DNA of 64,000 bases, from sequence record OK322699.1. The stretch is one strand, 5' to 3'. The stretch is from Escherichia phage Sa157lw. Position 1 is the stretch's first letter. The number at the start of each line of letters is the position of its first letter. The notes under the pieces are model-generated. The model searched no databases. It had not been told where the DNA came from and saw nothing but the letters and a program-made list of their open reading frames with translations. Position numbers and translations under genes: made by a program. Positions 9,645 through 19,665 of the stretch are shown here, piece after piece.

Positions 9645-9853
9645 TGGAATGTTCATGTGGAGGGCAAGGCACAAGTGCATACTTGCCATTTAACACCGTC
9701 AAGGAAGCCGAAGACGCTGGATATGCCGTGGACAAGGCTCCCTGTGTAATTGCCATTAAGGATTGTCCGTGCTGTAAGAGGCACTCTCAGAACGTTTGGT
9801 ATGCCCCAGAAGCAAAGGGCAAAATTAATTTATTGAATATGATGAGGAAGTAA
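9644..9853 (+). CDS. small Cys-rich hypothetical protein
   Basis: CSCGG...CPCCKRH. Confidence 0.3.
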   Translation: MECSCGGQGTSAYLPFNTVKEAEDAGYAVDKAPCVIAIKDCPCCKRHSQNVWYAPEAKGKINLLNMMRK

Positions 9854-9854
9854 T

Positions 9855-10193
9855 ATGACCACACTCGTAGAAACATTATTCCCAGGATGCACCCTTGGGC
9901 GCGGCGGTAGCGAAGCCAACGGGCTGGCAATTGACACCGAACCACAGAACTGCGTTGTTATCGACAAATTCCATGACAATCACTATCCTCTGAGCCATCG
10001 TCGTGATCATTATCTGGTTTCTGTGGGCGAAACATTGGTCTCTCTTCGTATTTGTGAAGCAATGCCTGGTTATGGTTATGACGCATTTGCATATATCCAT
10101 AGCGTTTCCAATGGGGAAATGGAGAAAGAAACCCTGACTGAACAATTCAAAGGATGGAAAGAATCTTTCACTTCTGTCAAGGAAAGAAGTTAG
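9855..10193 (+). CDS. hypothetical protein
   Basis: 112-aa ORF, start overlaps upstream stop. Confidence 0.35.
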   Translation: MTTLVETLFPGCTLGRGGSEANGLAIDTEPQNCVVIDKFHDNHYPLSHRRDHYLVSVGETLVSLRICEAMPGYGYDAFAYIHSVSNGEMEKETLTEQFKGWKESFTSVKERS

Positions 10194-10251
10194 AATAATT
10201 CTATTGAAGTCTCTGGGGTTATAATAACAAGACGAATAACCCTGGAGACAC

Positions 10252-11679
10252 ATGATGCTTCCTCTCTTAGAAATAATCCAAAATCTTCGTGATACCAAAG
10301 GCACTAATGCTAAGAAAGCCGTGTTGACCGAAGCGTTCAGGACCAATCCGGAACTGGTTGATTTCCTTCAATACGTTTATGATCCAATGCGTTCTTATTA
10401 TCGCACCCAATTCAATCTGAATGCATTCCCTCGCATGCTTTCGCGCGGCGTTGTCGGTAGCTGGGATCAGGTTTATGACGTTCTTGATATGATGTCAGAA
10501 CGTCGTATTGGCGGGATGAAGGCCGACCAAGAACTGGCAAAAGCCGCAACGAATATTCACCCTGATTATCACACCCTCATCCAGATCATTCTCGACCGAG
10601 ACATTAAAGCGGGGATTGCTGAGAAAGGTATCAACGCAGCATTCAACGCAGCTGGAGGCACAGGTCGCCTGATTAACATCCTCCCATATCATCGTTATGA
10701 CAACATGACGATTGATTTGTTGAAGACGATGGACTTCAAGCGCGGCGTATTCAGTCAGCTGAAGTCTGACGGGATGTTCGCCAACATCATTTGTCGCTAT
10801 GGAAAAGATCCAGAGATTCGTTCTCGCTCTGGTTCTTTGATTGCGGGTGGTTCCGTTGATAACCTATCATTGGTTTTCAAAGATATCATCTATGACGCTG
10901 GGATTGGGGAAAGCGTTTTTCATGGTGAACTCCTTGTTATCGATCTGAAGACGAATACAGTCCTTCCCAGAGCTATCGGTAACGGTAAACTTAACAGCGT
11001 CATCCAGACTGGTGAACCTCTGGAAGATCGTTATCGAGTGATTTATCGTGTATGGGATGTTGTTCCATACGACAAATGGTTCAACGCAGAGCGGGTTGAC
11101 ACCCCGTATGAACGACGCTTCGATATTATCCAGCAGCTGTTTGATGAAGACGACGGGTTGGTTCAGGTTCAGGAGACCCGTGTTGTTCACTCGTTTGAAG
11201 AGGCGGTTGATCATTTCAAGGACGCGCTGGCCCGTGGTGAAGAAGGAACGATCTGCAAATCGGCTGATATGCCATGGGAAGACGGCACGTCCTCTGAAGG
11301 TCTGAAATTGAAGATGGAAGTGGAATGCGACCTTGAAATTGTGGGATTTAACGAAGGGGATAAGAAAGGCAAACATGCCAAGACTTTTGGTTCTCTGTTA
11401 TGTAAGACTTCCGACGGCCTATTAGTCGTTGGCGTCTCTGGGATCTCAGATGAGCTGAGACTCCGGATGTGGGAAAACCAGGGCGACTACATTGGCATGA
11501 TAGCTGCGGTGCTCTCTAACGGTGTCCAGGATAAAACAGATGACGCCATGAAGTCCTTGTTCCTCCCGCGACTTGTCGAAGTGCGCACAGACAAGAAAGT
11601 TGCCAACACGCTGGCTGAGGTCTATGCTATCCAGAAAGCGTACATTGAAAACATTCTGGTGTTGCTGGAGGCCGCGTGA
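10252..11679 (+). CDS. ATP-dependent DNA ligase
   Basis: KxDG adenylation motif in SQLKSDGMFANI, EGTICKS, N-terminal similarity to T4 ligase; RBS GGAG. Confidence 0.8.
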   Translation: MMLPLLEIIQNLRDTKGTNAKKAVLTEAFRTNPELVDFLQYVYDPMRSYYRTQFNLNAFPRMLSRGVVGSWDQVYDVLDMMSERRIGGMKADQELAKAATNIHPDYHTLIQIILDRDIKAGIAEKGINAAFNAAGGTGRLINILPYHRYDNMTIDLLKTMDFKRGVFSQLKSDGMFANIICRYGKDPEIRSRSGSLIAGGSVDNLSLVFKDIIYDAGIGESVFHGELLVIDLKTNTVLPRAIGNGKLNSVIQTGEPLEDRYRVIYRVWDVVPYDKWFNAERVDTPYERRFDIIQQLFDEDDGLVQVQETRVVHSFEEAVDHFKDALARGEEGTICKSADMPWEDGTSSEGLKLKMEVECDLEIVGFNEGDKKGKHAKTFGSLLCKTSDGLLVVGVSGISDELRLRMWENQGDYIGMIAAVLSNGVQDKTDDAMKSLFLPRLVEVRTDKKVANTLAEVYAIQKAYIENILVLLEAA

Positions 11680-11900
11680 GCAAAGAAACCAGCACGGAAC
11701 TGAAATGGCGTGACCTTGCTCTTCAGTTCGACGGTCATCGTATGCAGTCAATATGCTTCTTGAAACAAATCTTGAGCACATTGCCCGAAACCGAGTTTGT
11801 GGAAGCGCGTGAATTCCTGAAAGCAGGTCCATTGCCTGGAGAGGAAGTATTGCGCCAGCGCCTGGTTGATATGATGAACAAGGAGCCTGACAATGGGTGA
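11676..11900 (+). CDS. hypothetical protein
   Basis: 74-aa ORF overlapping ligase stop. Confidence 0.35.
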   Translation: MSKETSTELKWRDLALQFDGHRMQSICFLKQILSTLPETEFVEAREFLKAGPLPGEEVLRQRLVDMMNKEPDNG

Positions 11901-12141
11901 GTACATGAGTTTCTGGTGGGCGAAGTTCCTTGTTGAACTTCAAATATCCGGCGCGGTGTTTTTGTTACTGTTCTTGATAGCCATGATACCCGTTACACGG
12001 AAAGCGATCAAGCAATGGCGTTGCAAGCACCCCACCTATCGTGAGAACTACGCATGCCAAGCCATCTGCACACATTGCGGGAAGGATATGGGCTTCGTCG
12101 GTATTATTCGCAAAATGAAGAATCACAAAGAGGTGTGGTGA
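11893..12141 (+). CDS. small membrane protein
   Basis: Hydrophobic helix AVFLLLFLIAMIPV plus Cys pairs. Confidence 0.35.
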   Translation: MGEYMSFWWAKFLVELQISGAVFLLLFLIAMIPVTRKAIKQWRCKHPTYRENYACQAICTHCGKDMGFVGIIRKMKNHKEVW

Positions 12142-12347
12142 TGAACCAGATGTGTGAGAGGGTGAAAGAATTCATCCACCGGAACCCCAATTGCTCCTAC
12201 GCGCAGATCGCTGAAGGTGCCAATATCCCCATGAGTATGGTCAGTGGTTGCCTTCGCATTTTGATACGCGATGGTCATGTTGTGAAGTATAACCATAAAG
12301 ATGCTCAGGGTAAAACCCTATCTAATTCGTATGATGTTGTGGGTTAG
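12141..12347 (+). CDS. small winged-helix-like DNA-binding protein
   Basis: MNQMCERVKEF...SYAQIAEGANIPMSMVSGCLRIL; ATG overlaps upstream stop. Confidence 0.35.
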   Translation: MNQMCERVKEFIHRNPNCSYAQIAEGANIPMSMVSGCLRILIRDGHVVKYNHKDAQGKTLSNSYDVVG

Positions 12348-12375
12348 AATTGAATTAAGGGGGCGTAACCCCCCT

Positions 12376-12400
12376 TTCAATAAATCTATGGCAGTATAAT
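12376..12400 (+). promoter_or_regulatory. sigma70-like promoter candidate
   Basis: TTCAAT then 13 nt then TATAAT after a G/C hairpin, upstream of ATG 12429. Confidence 0.3.
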
Positions 12401-12428
12401 TCCAACAAATCATCACAACGGTATTGTT

Positions 12429-12692
12429 ATGAAACTTGTTGACAAACAACCAAGAAAGAATAATGACTCATTACATCTCTTAACCATTATGCGGGAGTTG
12501 GGAGTTTCTGAATTGCAAATGATGAAGTTGATGAATTGCTCTGACGTTGTCTATAATTGGACAAACGGTTATCGTCTTATCCCAAAATCATTCCGTCGTT
12601 TTATTTTGGCATTGGTGTTTATTCATCGCCAAGGAAAAACAGAAGAGTTTCAACGTTTCGTTAAATCAGAGGAGAGATCACGTGGTTGGTAA
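12429..12692 (+). CDS. small HTH (XRE-like) protein
   Basis: LTIMRELGVSELQMMKLMNCSDVVYNWTNG helix-turn-helix pattern. Confidence 0.4.
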   Translation: MKLVDKQPRKNNDSLHLLTIMRELGVSELQMMKLMNCSDVVYNWTNGYRLIPKSFRRFILALVFIHRQGKTEEFQRFVKSEERSRGW

Positions 12693-12846
12693 AAATCCGC
12701 CGTCATATGTAAAAATCGGGATCGCTTTCCGGAACGCAATGCTTTTCATTAAAGAGAAAGGCTTGATGTCGGAGTTCAATCAGTTCTGTTCTGAACGTCA
12801 CAGATTACAGAAACAGAAAAGCAGGGAGAAACGCCATGATAACTGA
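12682..12846 (+). CDS. small hypothetical protein
   Basis: GTG start after GGAGAG; alternative frame to previous ORF. Confidence 0.25.
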   Translation: MVGKNPPSYVKIGIAFRNAMLFIKEKGLMSEFNQFCSERHRLQKQKSREKRHDN

Positions 12847-13498
12847 GTGGGAGAAAATGCAATATGAACGTGCATTTAACGTTTATTGCATATATATGGC
12901 GATCAAGTTGCATTTCACCACCAAAGATTTTGATTATGGTCTGTATGGGCCGATGAACAATTACAAGTTTGAAACATTCTATTCTAAACAGGGCGTGGCA
13001 AAGCAATTTGCTAAACTTGCTCGTCGGTTTGAATCTTCCCAGGGTGAAGTGGTGGAAAATTATATCATCGCCAACTTTGTTAAATCACCCAAAACATGGG
13101 TGACAACATTACTCACCCGTCAGGCTCAAGAAAATTATAATGAATATCGCCGCCTGTACGATAACTTTTCATATAATTTTCTTGACCATTTTGAACGTTA
13201 TATGATTCCGGAAATAAAAGAAAGAGGTGTGAACTTTATCCAGTACATCAAAGGAAATGGGAATGGTCACCCACCGTTACTGACAGACATTATCATCAAA
13301 CGTTATCCGATTTGGTTTTTGGTTGGATTGAATAAAGTGGTGGGATTTATTCATTTATATGATACAATACTCAAGGAAGATATTTATTGGAATTCTGAGT
13401 CGTTCTTATTGAAAAAGACTAATTCTGTGGTTCCGGATGAAAATACAGAATACACGAAAGGAAAACTCCGTGAGCTAATCCTTGCCCACGGAATTTGA
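12836..13498 (+). CDS. helicase loader (T4 gp59-like)
   Basis: Size, position and KLHFTTKDFDYGLYG-type N-terminus resemble gp59. Confidence 0.5.
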   Translation: MITEWEKMQYERAFNVYCIYMAIKLHFTTKDFDYGLYGPMNNYKFETFYSKQGVAKQFAKLARRFESSQGEVVENYIIANFVKSPKTWVTTLLTRQAQENYNEYRRLYDNFSYNFLDHFERYMIPEIKERGVNFIQYIKGNGNGHPPLLTDIIIKRYPIWFLVGLNKVVGFIHLYDTILKEDIYWNSESFLLKKTNSVVPDENTEYTKGKLRELILAHGI

Positions 13499-15439
13499 TT
13501 ACCAATCCCAAAGAATACGACCTGCGTCAGTACGGTTGGACGGCTCCAGTTGTGAACTGTTGAAGTTGTTTGTCGTACTGACTTTCTTCGAGTTATCAAC
13601 ATTTTGTTGTACAGGCATTACCACACTGGCTGGCGGGTTGGCGTAGGAAGATTTAACTTCCTCAATGTTGTTAGCCGCTCTCCCCTGAACCGGATATGCC
13701 CCACCCAGAGTACCTCCCCCGATCCCAGCATATGCATCTTTCAATTGAGAAGTGCGATCTGTTACGTTCACAGCATCCGAAGAAACCCCAGAAGGCATTG
13801 GAGTCAGCGTGCTGATATCTGCATTAGGTTGTGCTGGCGATTGACTGTTCGGTGGTACAGAGGCATTCTCAGGAGCCTTATCGTCTTGGCTTATCAGCAT
13901 AGACTGTCTTGCTTCCGCCATCTTATTCCTGGCCGCTTCACCACCCAACGCATCGGGGATAATACTGACAAACTTATCCACGATATCAAACATCGCATTG
14001 GTGATAGCATTCAACATGTTGAAGAAAGGTTTCTTCACATTTTCAGCAAATCCTTTCTTCATGTCTTCAACGACTTTGTTTGCAGCCGCCATGCCGTCAT
14101 CTAACAGGCCAGTTATTCCACCCGTTACCCAATCAACCAATTTTATCAATTGGCCTTGCAAGTTATCTGCAAGTTTACCAGGTATTTCGGTCAGTGATGT
14201 GCTCTTCCCAATACCCGCAAACAAATCGTTGGTGACCCAATCAACAATCGAGTTCAACCAACGCACGGGCGCTTCGGTCATTTTCAGCACTTGTTCACGG
14301 AACGCCTTTCCAAACCCAGCATTGTTCCATCCGAATATTTCAGCAACCCAATCAGCGAGATCCCCGAAACTACCGACCAGCTCTGTTATCCCTGCCTGAA
14401 CCCGATCAACGATCGATACTTGCGCTTTACCAAGGATTTCTTTAGCATTAAAGAACCCTTTACCGAATTCAAATACAGATGTTATTAACGCCAGAGGTCC
14501 AACTCGAAGCATCTTGGTTGCTGCTTTCAGGGGCGCAAGCAACCCGCCGATCCCAGCACCAAACCCCATGAATAATTTAATGAAGCCACCAACAAGTTTT
14601 AATGGGGACATCAGGAGTTTTAACGCGCCCAGTCCAAGGAGTGCCCCCAGCGCCGCGCCTAACCCAGAAGATTGACCATCTTGTTTAGGCTCAGACGGAG
14701 GGATAGAACCAGCCTCTGGATTGTTCTTGTTTTCTTTACCTTCTTCACCACGACGGAATTTCTCTTCTTCTCTATATTTTTGATCACTTTCATAGATACG
14801 TGTCAGAGTATCATTAAGATCTTCGTTCATGTATCCCAATTTGTCATCAATGCTGTCGAGGCGGGTAACAGTTTCGTTACTGGCATCTTTATTGAAATCT
14901 AGCGTGTCCTTATGCGTTTGAAGCATTATGTCAGTCAGGTTTACGATCTCCCCTCCGACCAACGCCAGCTTATCCTTTAATCCATCAAGGCGTTCAAGAC
15001 TATCTTCGTTGGCCGCGCCCAATTGATCTGATATCATGTCAAGATATTCAACTGACATGTCGTCAACCGGACCATTCGCTGCTTCACCAAATTTTTCGAT
15101 CTTGGTGGCGATACGCATCAGTTCTTCATTGCCATCCTTTGTTAGACTGACGGTGTCTTTCATCCAAGTGCTGTAATCCCTTGTGAAAATGGGACTGACG
15201 CGGACGAACCCACCAACAATATCATTCACCGATGGGAATTTAATTGGCGGTACTTTCTGCTCCTGATTAGACGCCTGTCGTGTCTTCAGAGATTGCAGTT
15301 GTTTGTTGACATCGGCGAGCTGTTTATTCGTCTCGGATTGGGCGCGCAATTGCTTGCGCTCCATCATTTCTTTTTTGATTTTATCCAAAACCTTGACGAT
15401 GTCTTGCTGCCCTGGTGTCGGTTGATTGTTATCTGCCAT
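13499..15439 (-). CDS. tail tape-measure-like protein
   Basis: 646 aa; coiled-coil N-terminus and long Gly/Ala/Leu-rich hydrophobic segment. Confidence 0.55.
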   Translation of the reverse strand: MADNNQPTPGQQDIVKVLDKIKKEMMERKQLRAQSETNKQLADVNKQLQSLKTRQASNQEQKVPPIKFPSVNDIVGGFVRVSPIFTRDYSTWMKDTVSLTKDGNEELMRIATKIEKFGEAANGPVDDMSVEYLDMISDQLGAANEDSLERLDGLKDKLALVGGEIVNLTDIMLQTHKDTLDFNKDASNETVTRLDSIDDKLGYMNEDLNDTLTRIYESDQKYREEEKFRRGEEGKENKNNPEAGSIPPSEPKQDGQSSGLGAALGALLGLGALKLLMSPLKLVGGFIKLFMGFGAGIGGLLAPLKAATKMLRVGPLALITSVFEFGKGFFNAKEILGKAQVSIVDRVQAGITELVGSFGDLADWVAEIFGWNNAGFGKAFREQVLKMTEAPVRWLNSIVDWVTNDLFAGIGKSTSLTEIPGKLADNLQGQLIKLVDWVTGGITGLLDDGMAAANKVVEDMKKGFAENVKKPFFNMLNAITNAMFDIVDKFVSIIPDALGGEAARNKMAEARQSMLISQDDKAPENASVPPNSQSPAQPNADISTLTPMPSGVSSDAVNVTDRTSQLKDAYAGIGGGTLGGAYPVQGRAANNIEEVKSSYANPPASVVMPVQQNVDNSKKVSTTNNFNSSQLEPSNRTDAGRILWDW

Positions 15440-15449
15440 TTGTCACCTC

Positions 15450-16838
15450 TCAGACCTTCTGGGCTTGTCCTTTCTCTATTGGCGTCGGAGTTGGTGTAGA
15501 AGCCACAGTTTGACCAGTCTGAGGTGGTAAGACCTTCTGGATCATACTATCTTTGGCAATCTCGGCGACGCATTGATAATCATTTGTCAGGCGTGAAATC
15601 TTGTGGCGTATCTTTGTGACGATATAATGGCCTGTTGATAACTTACTTAACTCGGCAATGTTTTCATTAGATTTCGGGCGGTTCGACAAATCTTCAATAT
15701 AATAAACCTGCCCAACATTCAGGCGGTTATCCCCCACGACCAGCAAACGCATAACCGTTGACGCAAGGCTGAATTCTATAACGCGGCGAGCATAATCTAT
15801 TTGTTCAGCACCATCGGGTTGCGCTTCAATGTACCTAACATTCTCACGATCAAACTGATCAGAAAATAATGGGAATGGATCAAGGTGAGCAGTGCTGTCA
15901 AACCATTCTGAATAAATGCGTTGGGTCGCTGTCGTGGATTTTGTACTAAAGTCATACACGCGCTCGTTCACTGCCAAGATATCCCGATAATTCGCCATGT
16001 ACTGATCACGCGCCAGTTTCTTTTCAGCCTTGATGATCGTCCGCATAAAACGTTCGGAGTTGAAGTTGTTGTCTTGCATCAACGGGGCATCTTGAGGATC
16101 ACGGAAGAATTTCTTTTCCGCGCTTGCCTCTTGTTTCTCTTCAGCAGTCATGGACTGATTGCCCTGGTTGAACAATGTCGTCATGCTCTTGAAGTGATAG
16201 CCTGTGAAGTCTTCATAGAAAACAAATGGCATAAACAATTCGTCGTATGCGCGGCTGGCCATATAATCGATGGAACGAAGTACAGGCCAAAGAGGAGTTG
16301 CGAATCGTTCTTGCACACCATACGACGGATCTATGTCTTCAAATTTGGTTCGAGAATTTAACTGCTCAAAAATCTTGGCCGCCATTTCTGAATAAGAACC
16401 GCTCAGACCGATAGACTTACGCAGCATGCTGTCACGGTACGCATCTGTTGTCACCAAGTGCAGCCAAAATGCTTTTTTAGATGATGAATTGGATTCATCC
16501 GCAACTCTGCCCACCCGACTCACGCGCAATGAGAGAGTAGTGTAATCAGAAGCCGCTGGTGATTTGAATGACACCACTACTTCTTCACCGCCAAGTATCG
16601 GCATTGTGTCCAATATATCCCAACCTTCTTTTATCAAGATATTGGCTGTCAGTGAAGGAGAAGCATTACCTTCCAAACCAAGATCTTGGTAGACGTTGAA
16701 TTCTTGAAATAAAGAAGACAGGTCATATGGTCTTGGCGTACCACCTTCTGGAGTATGTGGTAGGATCGCCATATACTTCAAATCAAATGTGGTGGACGGT
16801 GTTAAAATACCGTCTTGAGATTCTTTATTTTCGATCAT
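15450..16838 (-). CDS. baseplate/tail-associated structural protein
   Basis: 462-aa ORF overlapping neighbours in a structural operon. Confidence 0.4.
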   Translation of the reverse strand: MIENKESQDGILTPSTTFDLKYMAILPHTPEGGTPRPYDLSSLFQEFNVYQDLGLEGNASPSLTANILIKEGWDILDTMPILGGEEVVVSFKSPAASDYTTLSLRVSRVGRVADESNSSSKKAFWLHLVTTDAYRDSMLRKSIGLSGSYSEMAAKIFEQLNSRTKFEDIDPSYGVQERFATPLWPVLRSIDYMASRAYDELFMPFVFYEDFTGYHFKSMTTLFNQGNQSMTAEEKQEASAEKKFFRDPQDAPLMQDNNFNSERFMRTIIKAEKKLARDQYMANYRDILAVNERVYDFSTKSTTATQRIYSEWFDSTAHLDPFPLFSDQFDRENVRYIEAQPDGAEQIDYARRVIEFSLASTVMRLLVVGDNRLNVGQVYYIEDLSNRPKSNENIAELSKLSTGHYIVTKIRHKISRLTNDYQCVAEIAKDSMIQKVLPPQTGQTVASTPTPTPIEKGQAQKV

Positions 16839-17392
16839 TTGGTCAGCTCCTGTTCCAGCTGATTAACAAAGGAAGAAACATAATCTGGATCGAGCACTTG
16901 GATGTTACGTTTGGCTTCGTTTTTGTTTATTGCATCATCGTGATATGTAATGCCCGTCAGCCCGTAATTCGCGATGATTGTCGCGTCGTCCATAGCGCCA
17001 AGGCCATATGCCAAACGGATAGCGCGGGGATCTGTTTCATTCCCAAATTCGTCAACGTAGTATTTTACGTCCCACATCCCATCGAGTCCATAACGAGCAG
17101 TTAGCTCTTCAATGATTCTGCGTTCTGGTTTTGGCCAGTCTTCTGTGATATCCATGATACCATTGATAAGACATGGTATCCAGAACAACTCGAAGGAACC
17201 ATAGACCCGTTCCGCAAAAGACCTTGGGGTTTCCCCATCGAAAACAGTATAAGGCAGGAGAAGCCCTTCTATGTCCCGAATTTTCTTAACAACCATAACC
17301 CGTCGTGTCAAGTTTTGCAACAGGACTTGGTCATTTTCTTTGACACCAATTAGTTGATGCCATACGAGTGGAAATTTCTCAAAATATTTCAT
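16835..17392 (-). CDS. hypothetical structural-operon protein
   Basis: 185-aa ORF, overlapping stop/start. Confidence 0.4.
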   Translation of the reverse strand: MKYFEKFPLVWHQLIGVKENDQVLLQNLTRRVMVVKKIRDIEGLLLPYTVFDGETPRSFAERVYGSFELFWIPCLINGIMDITEDWPKPERRIIEELTARYGLDGMWDVKYYVDEFGNETDPRAIRLAYGLGAMDDATIIANYGLTGITYHDDAINKNEAKRNIQVLDPDYVSSFVNQLEQELTK

Positions 17393-17404
17393 GGCATCTT
17401 CCCC

Positions 17405-18373
17405 TTAGAAGCTGTCGCCTTCGGTATCAAAGCGGCCTTTGTGCAACGGTTCCAGTTCGATAAATGTCATATCAATCTGGGTTGACACGATGCTGTCATC
17501 TTTGTGGACAGCATATGAAGAATCCGGCGTCTCGTTGACAAACATGTTTGACAAAACACAAGTCGATATTCGATGTAACCATTTATTGCGTTCCCCCTGC
17601 ACCATGAACGTGATATCAAACGTGGATGGATGAAGATAGAATGCGCTGGAATTCTTGTTGTATTTGTATTCTGGATACATATGCATCTTGAACAGACGAA
17701 TGATTTCCCTCACCATTTTCGCCTCTTTTTGCGATCTTGGAGTGAATTTGAATGTGAACGGGATTTCTCGGTTGCGCACCCCTTGGAAAATCATTTCCAC
17801 ATACGGGTTGGTCATCGTACCTGTAAACAATTCTAATGTATCATGAGCATTAATTGTCGGCAAGAAAGGAATTGCTTCCGAAGCAGATTGGATGGCCTTT
17901 GTCGCCGCAAATCTCCCCATTTCTTTCCCAACATTCAAAGCATCCCCAAGTTTGAATTGACTCATATCTTGGGCGGCGCGTGATAAGAATTGGGCACCCA
18001 TACCTGCTAATCCCAACTCGGAGCCGTTCCAGCCAACGCCATAGTTGGTTGTAATAGATTCAGGCATACACAACACTATGGACTCGTTAGAGCGGACATG
18101 ACGTGCCCAAGCATATTTGCTGATAGAACCTGATTTAGAACCATAAACCACAGGAGTTTTTCCCAGTGGGTTTTGAATAGGGTTCTCAACGGTTTGAGTC
18201 GTTGTGTCGCCGTATGACGATCCTGATATGCGGTTAATATTGAATAAAACATAATGACCGAGGGTTTTACCCCCCGTTATATCCAACGGATAGACCAATT
18301 GCTTCTGAGACTTGGCCAAGCCTTTTGTGTTCAGAACTTTGATCTTATCGATGGTCGACTTGAAATTCGCCAT
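17405..18373 (-). CDS. baseplate tail-tube initiator-like protein (gp48/gp54 family?)
   Basis: 322 aa, first gene of the minus-strand structural operon. Confidence 0.45.
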   Translation of the reverse strand: MANFKSTIDKIKVLNTKGLAKSQKQLVYPLDITGGKTLGHYVLFNINRISGSSYGDTTTQTVENPIQNPLGKTPVVYGSKSGSISKYAWARHVRSNESIVLCMPESITTNYGVGWNGSELGLAGMGAQFLSRAAQDMSQFKLGDALNVGKEMGRFAATKAIQSASEAIPFLPTINAHDTLELFTGTMTNPYVEMIFQGVRNREIPFTFKFTPRSQKEAKMVREIIRLFKMHMYPEYKYNKNSSAFYLHPSTFDITFMVQGERNKWLHRISTCVLSNMFVNETPDSSYAVHKDDSIVSTQIDMTFIELEPLHKGRFDTEGDSF

Positions 18374-18408
18374 GGTCTGAAGCCCTTAATTAGAATAGAG
18401 TAATGACA

Positions 18409-18417
18409 CTATTTAGG
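18409..18417 (-). promoter_or_regulatory. late-promoter-like CCTAAATAG motif
   Basis: 36 nt upstream of ATG 18373; resembles T4 late TATAAATA. Confidence 0.35.
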
Positions 18418-18425
18418 ACTAGAAT

Positions 18426-19046
18426 ATGGCTATGTATTTGCAGGGGAAGTATGTTCCCGTAAATCCCAAGAAATATAAAGGCGATGTGAACAAAATAGTT
18501 TTTCGTTCATCACTAGAACTTGTCGCCTTCAAATTCTGTGATATGAATCCTGCTATTGTTTATTGGTCATCCGAAGAAACCGTAATCCCATATATCTCTC
18601 CAGTTGATGGTCGCGCCCACCGCTATTTTATGGATTTGAAAGTATGGACTCGTCGACAAGACTCTGAAGAGTTACAGATAACCCTTATTGAAATAAAACC
18701 CAAAGACCAAATTAAAGAACCCCGAAAAACAAAAACGATGAAGGAATCAACGTTCAATAATTCGATGCGTACATGGCTGGTGAACCAAGCGAAGTGGACC
18801 GCCACCAAAGAGCATTGTGCTAAAGTTGGTTGGAAATTCATTATTTGGACGGAAGAGCATTTGGTACCAGGAGAAGATCCTGAAGTTAAAAAACAATTTG
18901 CGCTACGTTCTAAGAAAAAGCGCGAGGTCGAAATGGAAGATCGACGCCGCGCTCAAAGAATTAATGCGTTGAAAGAGCAGATGAAAAAGGAAACTTCCAA
19001 CAAACAAACGACAAAACCTGAAGATGACGGTTTGTTGTTACCCTGA
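18426..19046 (+). CDS. PD-(D/E)xK nuclease-fold protein (head-completion gp4-like?)
   Basis: FMDLK...LIEIKPKD nuclease signature; SSLELVAF...PYISPVDGRAHRYF. Confidence 0.45.
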   Translation: MAMYLQGKYVPVNPKKYKGDVNKIVFRSSLELVAFKFCDMNPAIVYWSSEETVIPYISPVDGRAHRYFMDLKVWTRRQDSEELQITLIEIKPKDQIKEPRKTKTMKESTFNNSMRTWLVNQAKWTATKEHCAKVGWKFIIWTEEHLVPGEDPEVKKQFALRSKKKREVEMEDRRRAQRINALKEQMKKETSNKQTTKPEDDGLLLP

Positions 19047-19256
19047 TTTCCTTGGATGTCCAGGGGCAAAACAAGTTTGTTTGTCCCTGCATATCACCCA
19101 TCCTTCCGAACGGGCTTGTCTAGCACAATCAGCCCAAGTTTCACCAGCATAAGACTTCATACCGCATCTTGGGTGGTGCTCTTGCCAAGCCCAATCACAA
19201 GATTTGCATTCCACGCATTCACAATACAAATCTAATGTGTATCCTGCGGTAATCAT
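19038..19256 (-). CDS. small Cys-rich protein
   Basis: CECVECKSC...HHPRCG. Confidence 0.35.
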   Translation of the reverse strand: MITAGYTLDLYCECVECKSCDWAWQEHHPRCGMKSYAGETWADCARQARSEGWVICRDKQTCFAPGHPRKSG

Positions 19257-19664
19257 TTAATCCACCAGGCGTTCGTAAATTTTTTGACGGAACTCATTCC
19301 CTTTTGCACAACCTGTGGCCAGCAAACGAGTACCGCCTGTCCCGATGACACTGATCGTTGAAAATCTTAAAATACGGCCTGTGATGGACTGATCCACTTT
19401 GATGGTCTCAACTTTTCCCAGGCGAAGTTCATCAGCATCACGGCGGATAAACCCTCGTTTTACGATAACCCGTTTGTTGGTGACTGCGAATTCTGTGGTC
19501 ATCACATTCAAGATAGTTGGGATCAGGAATAACAAACTGAAACCAAATGTTGGAATAATCGTTAAAGCGACGAGAACATAAATCCAGAATCCACTCCACC
19601 AAGTCGGACGAGTGAATGCAACCACATATTCATTTTCGCTCAGCATACGGTCGACGTAACGCAT
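19257..19664 (-). CDS. membrane protein with bacterial PH-like domain
   Basis: Two TM helices then VTNKRVIVKRGFIRR motif. Confidence 0.45.
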   Translation of the reverse strand: MRYVDRMLSENEYVVAFTRPTWWSGFWIYVLVALTIIPTFGFSLLFLIPTILNVMTTEFAVTNKRVIVKRGFIRRDADELRLGKVETIKVDQSITGRILRFSTISVIGTGGTRLLATGCAKGNEFRQKIYERLVD

Positions 19665-19665
19665 T

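Noticed and set aside
13604-14399. Plus-strand ORFs of 166 and 133 aa
   Set aside because: Lie inside and antisense to the tape-measure-like gene; composition not protein-like.
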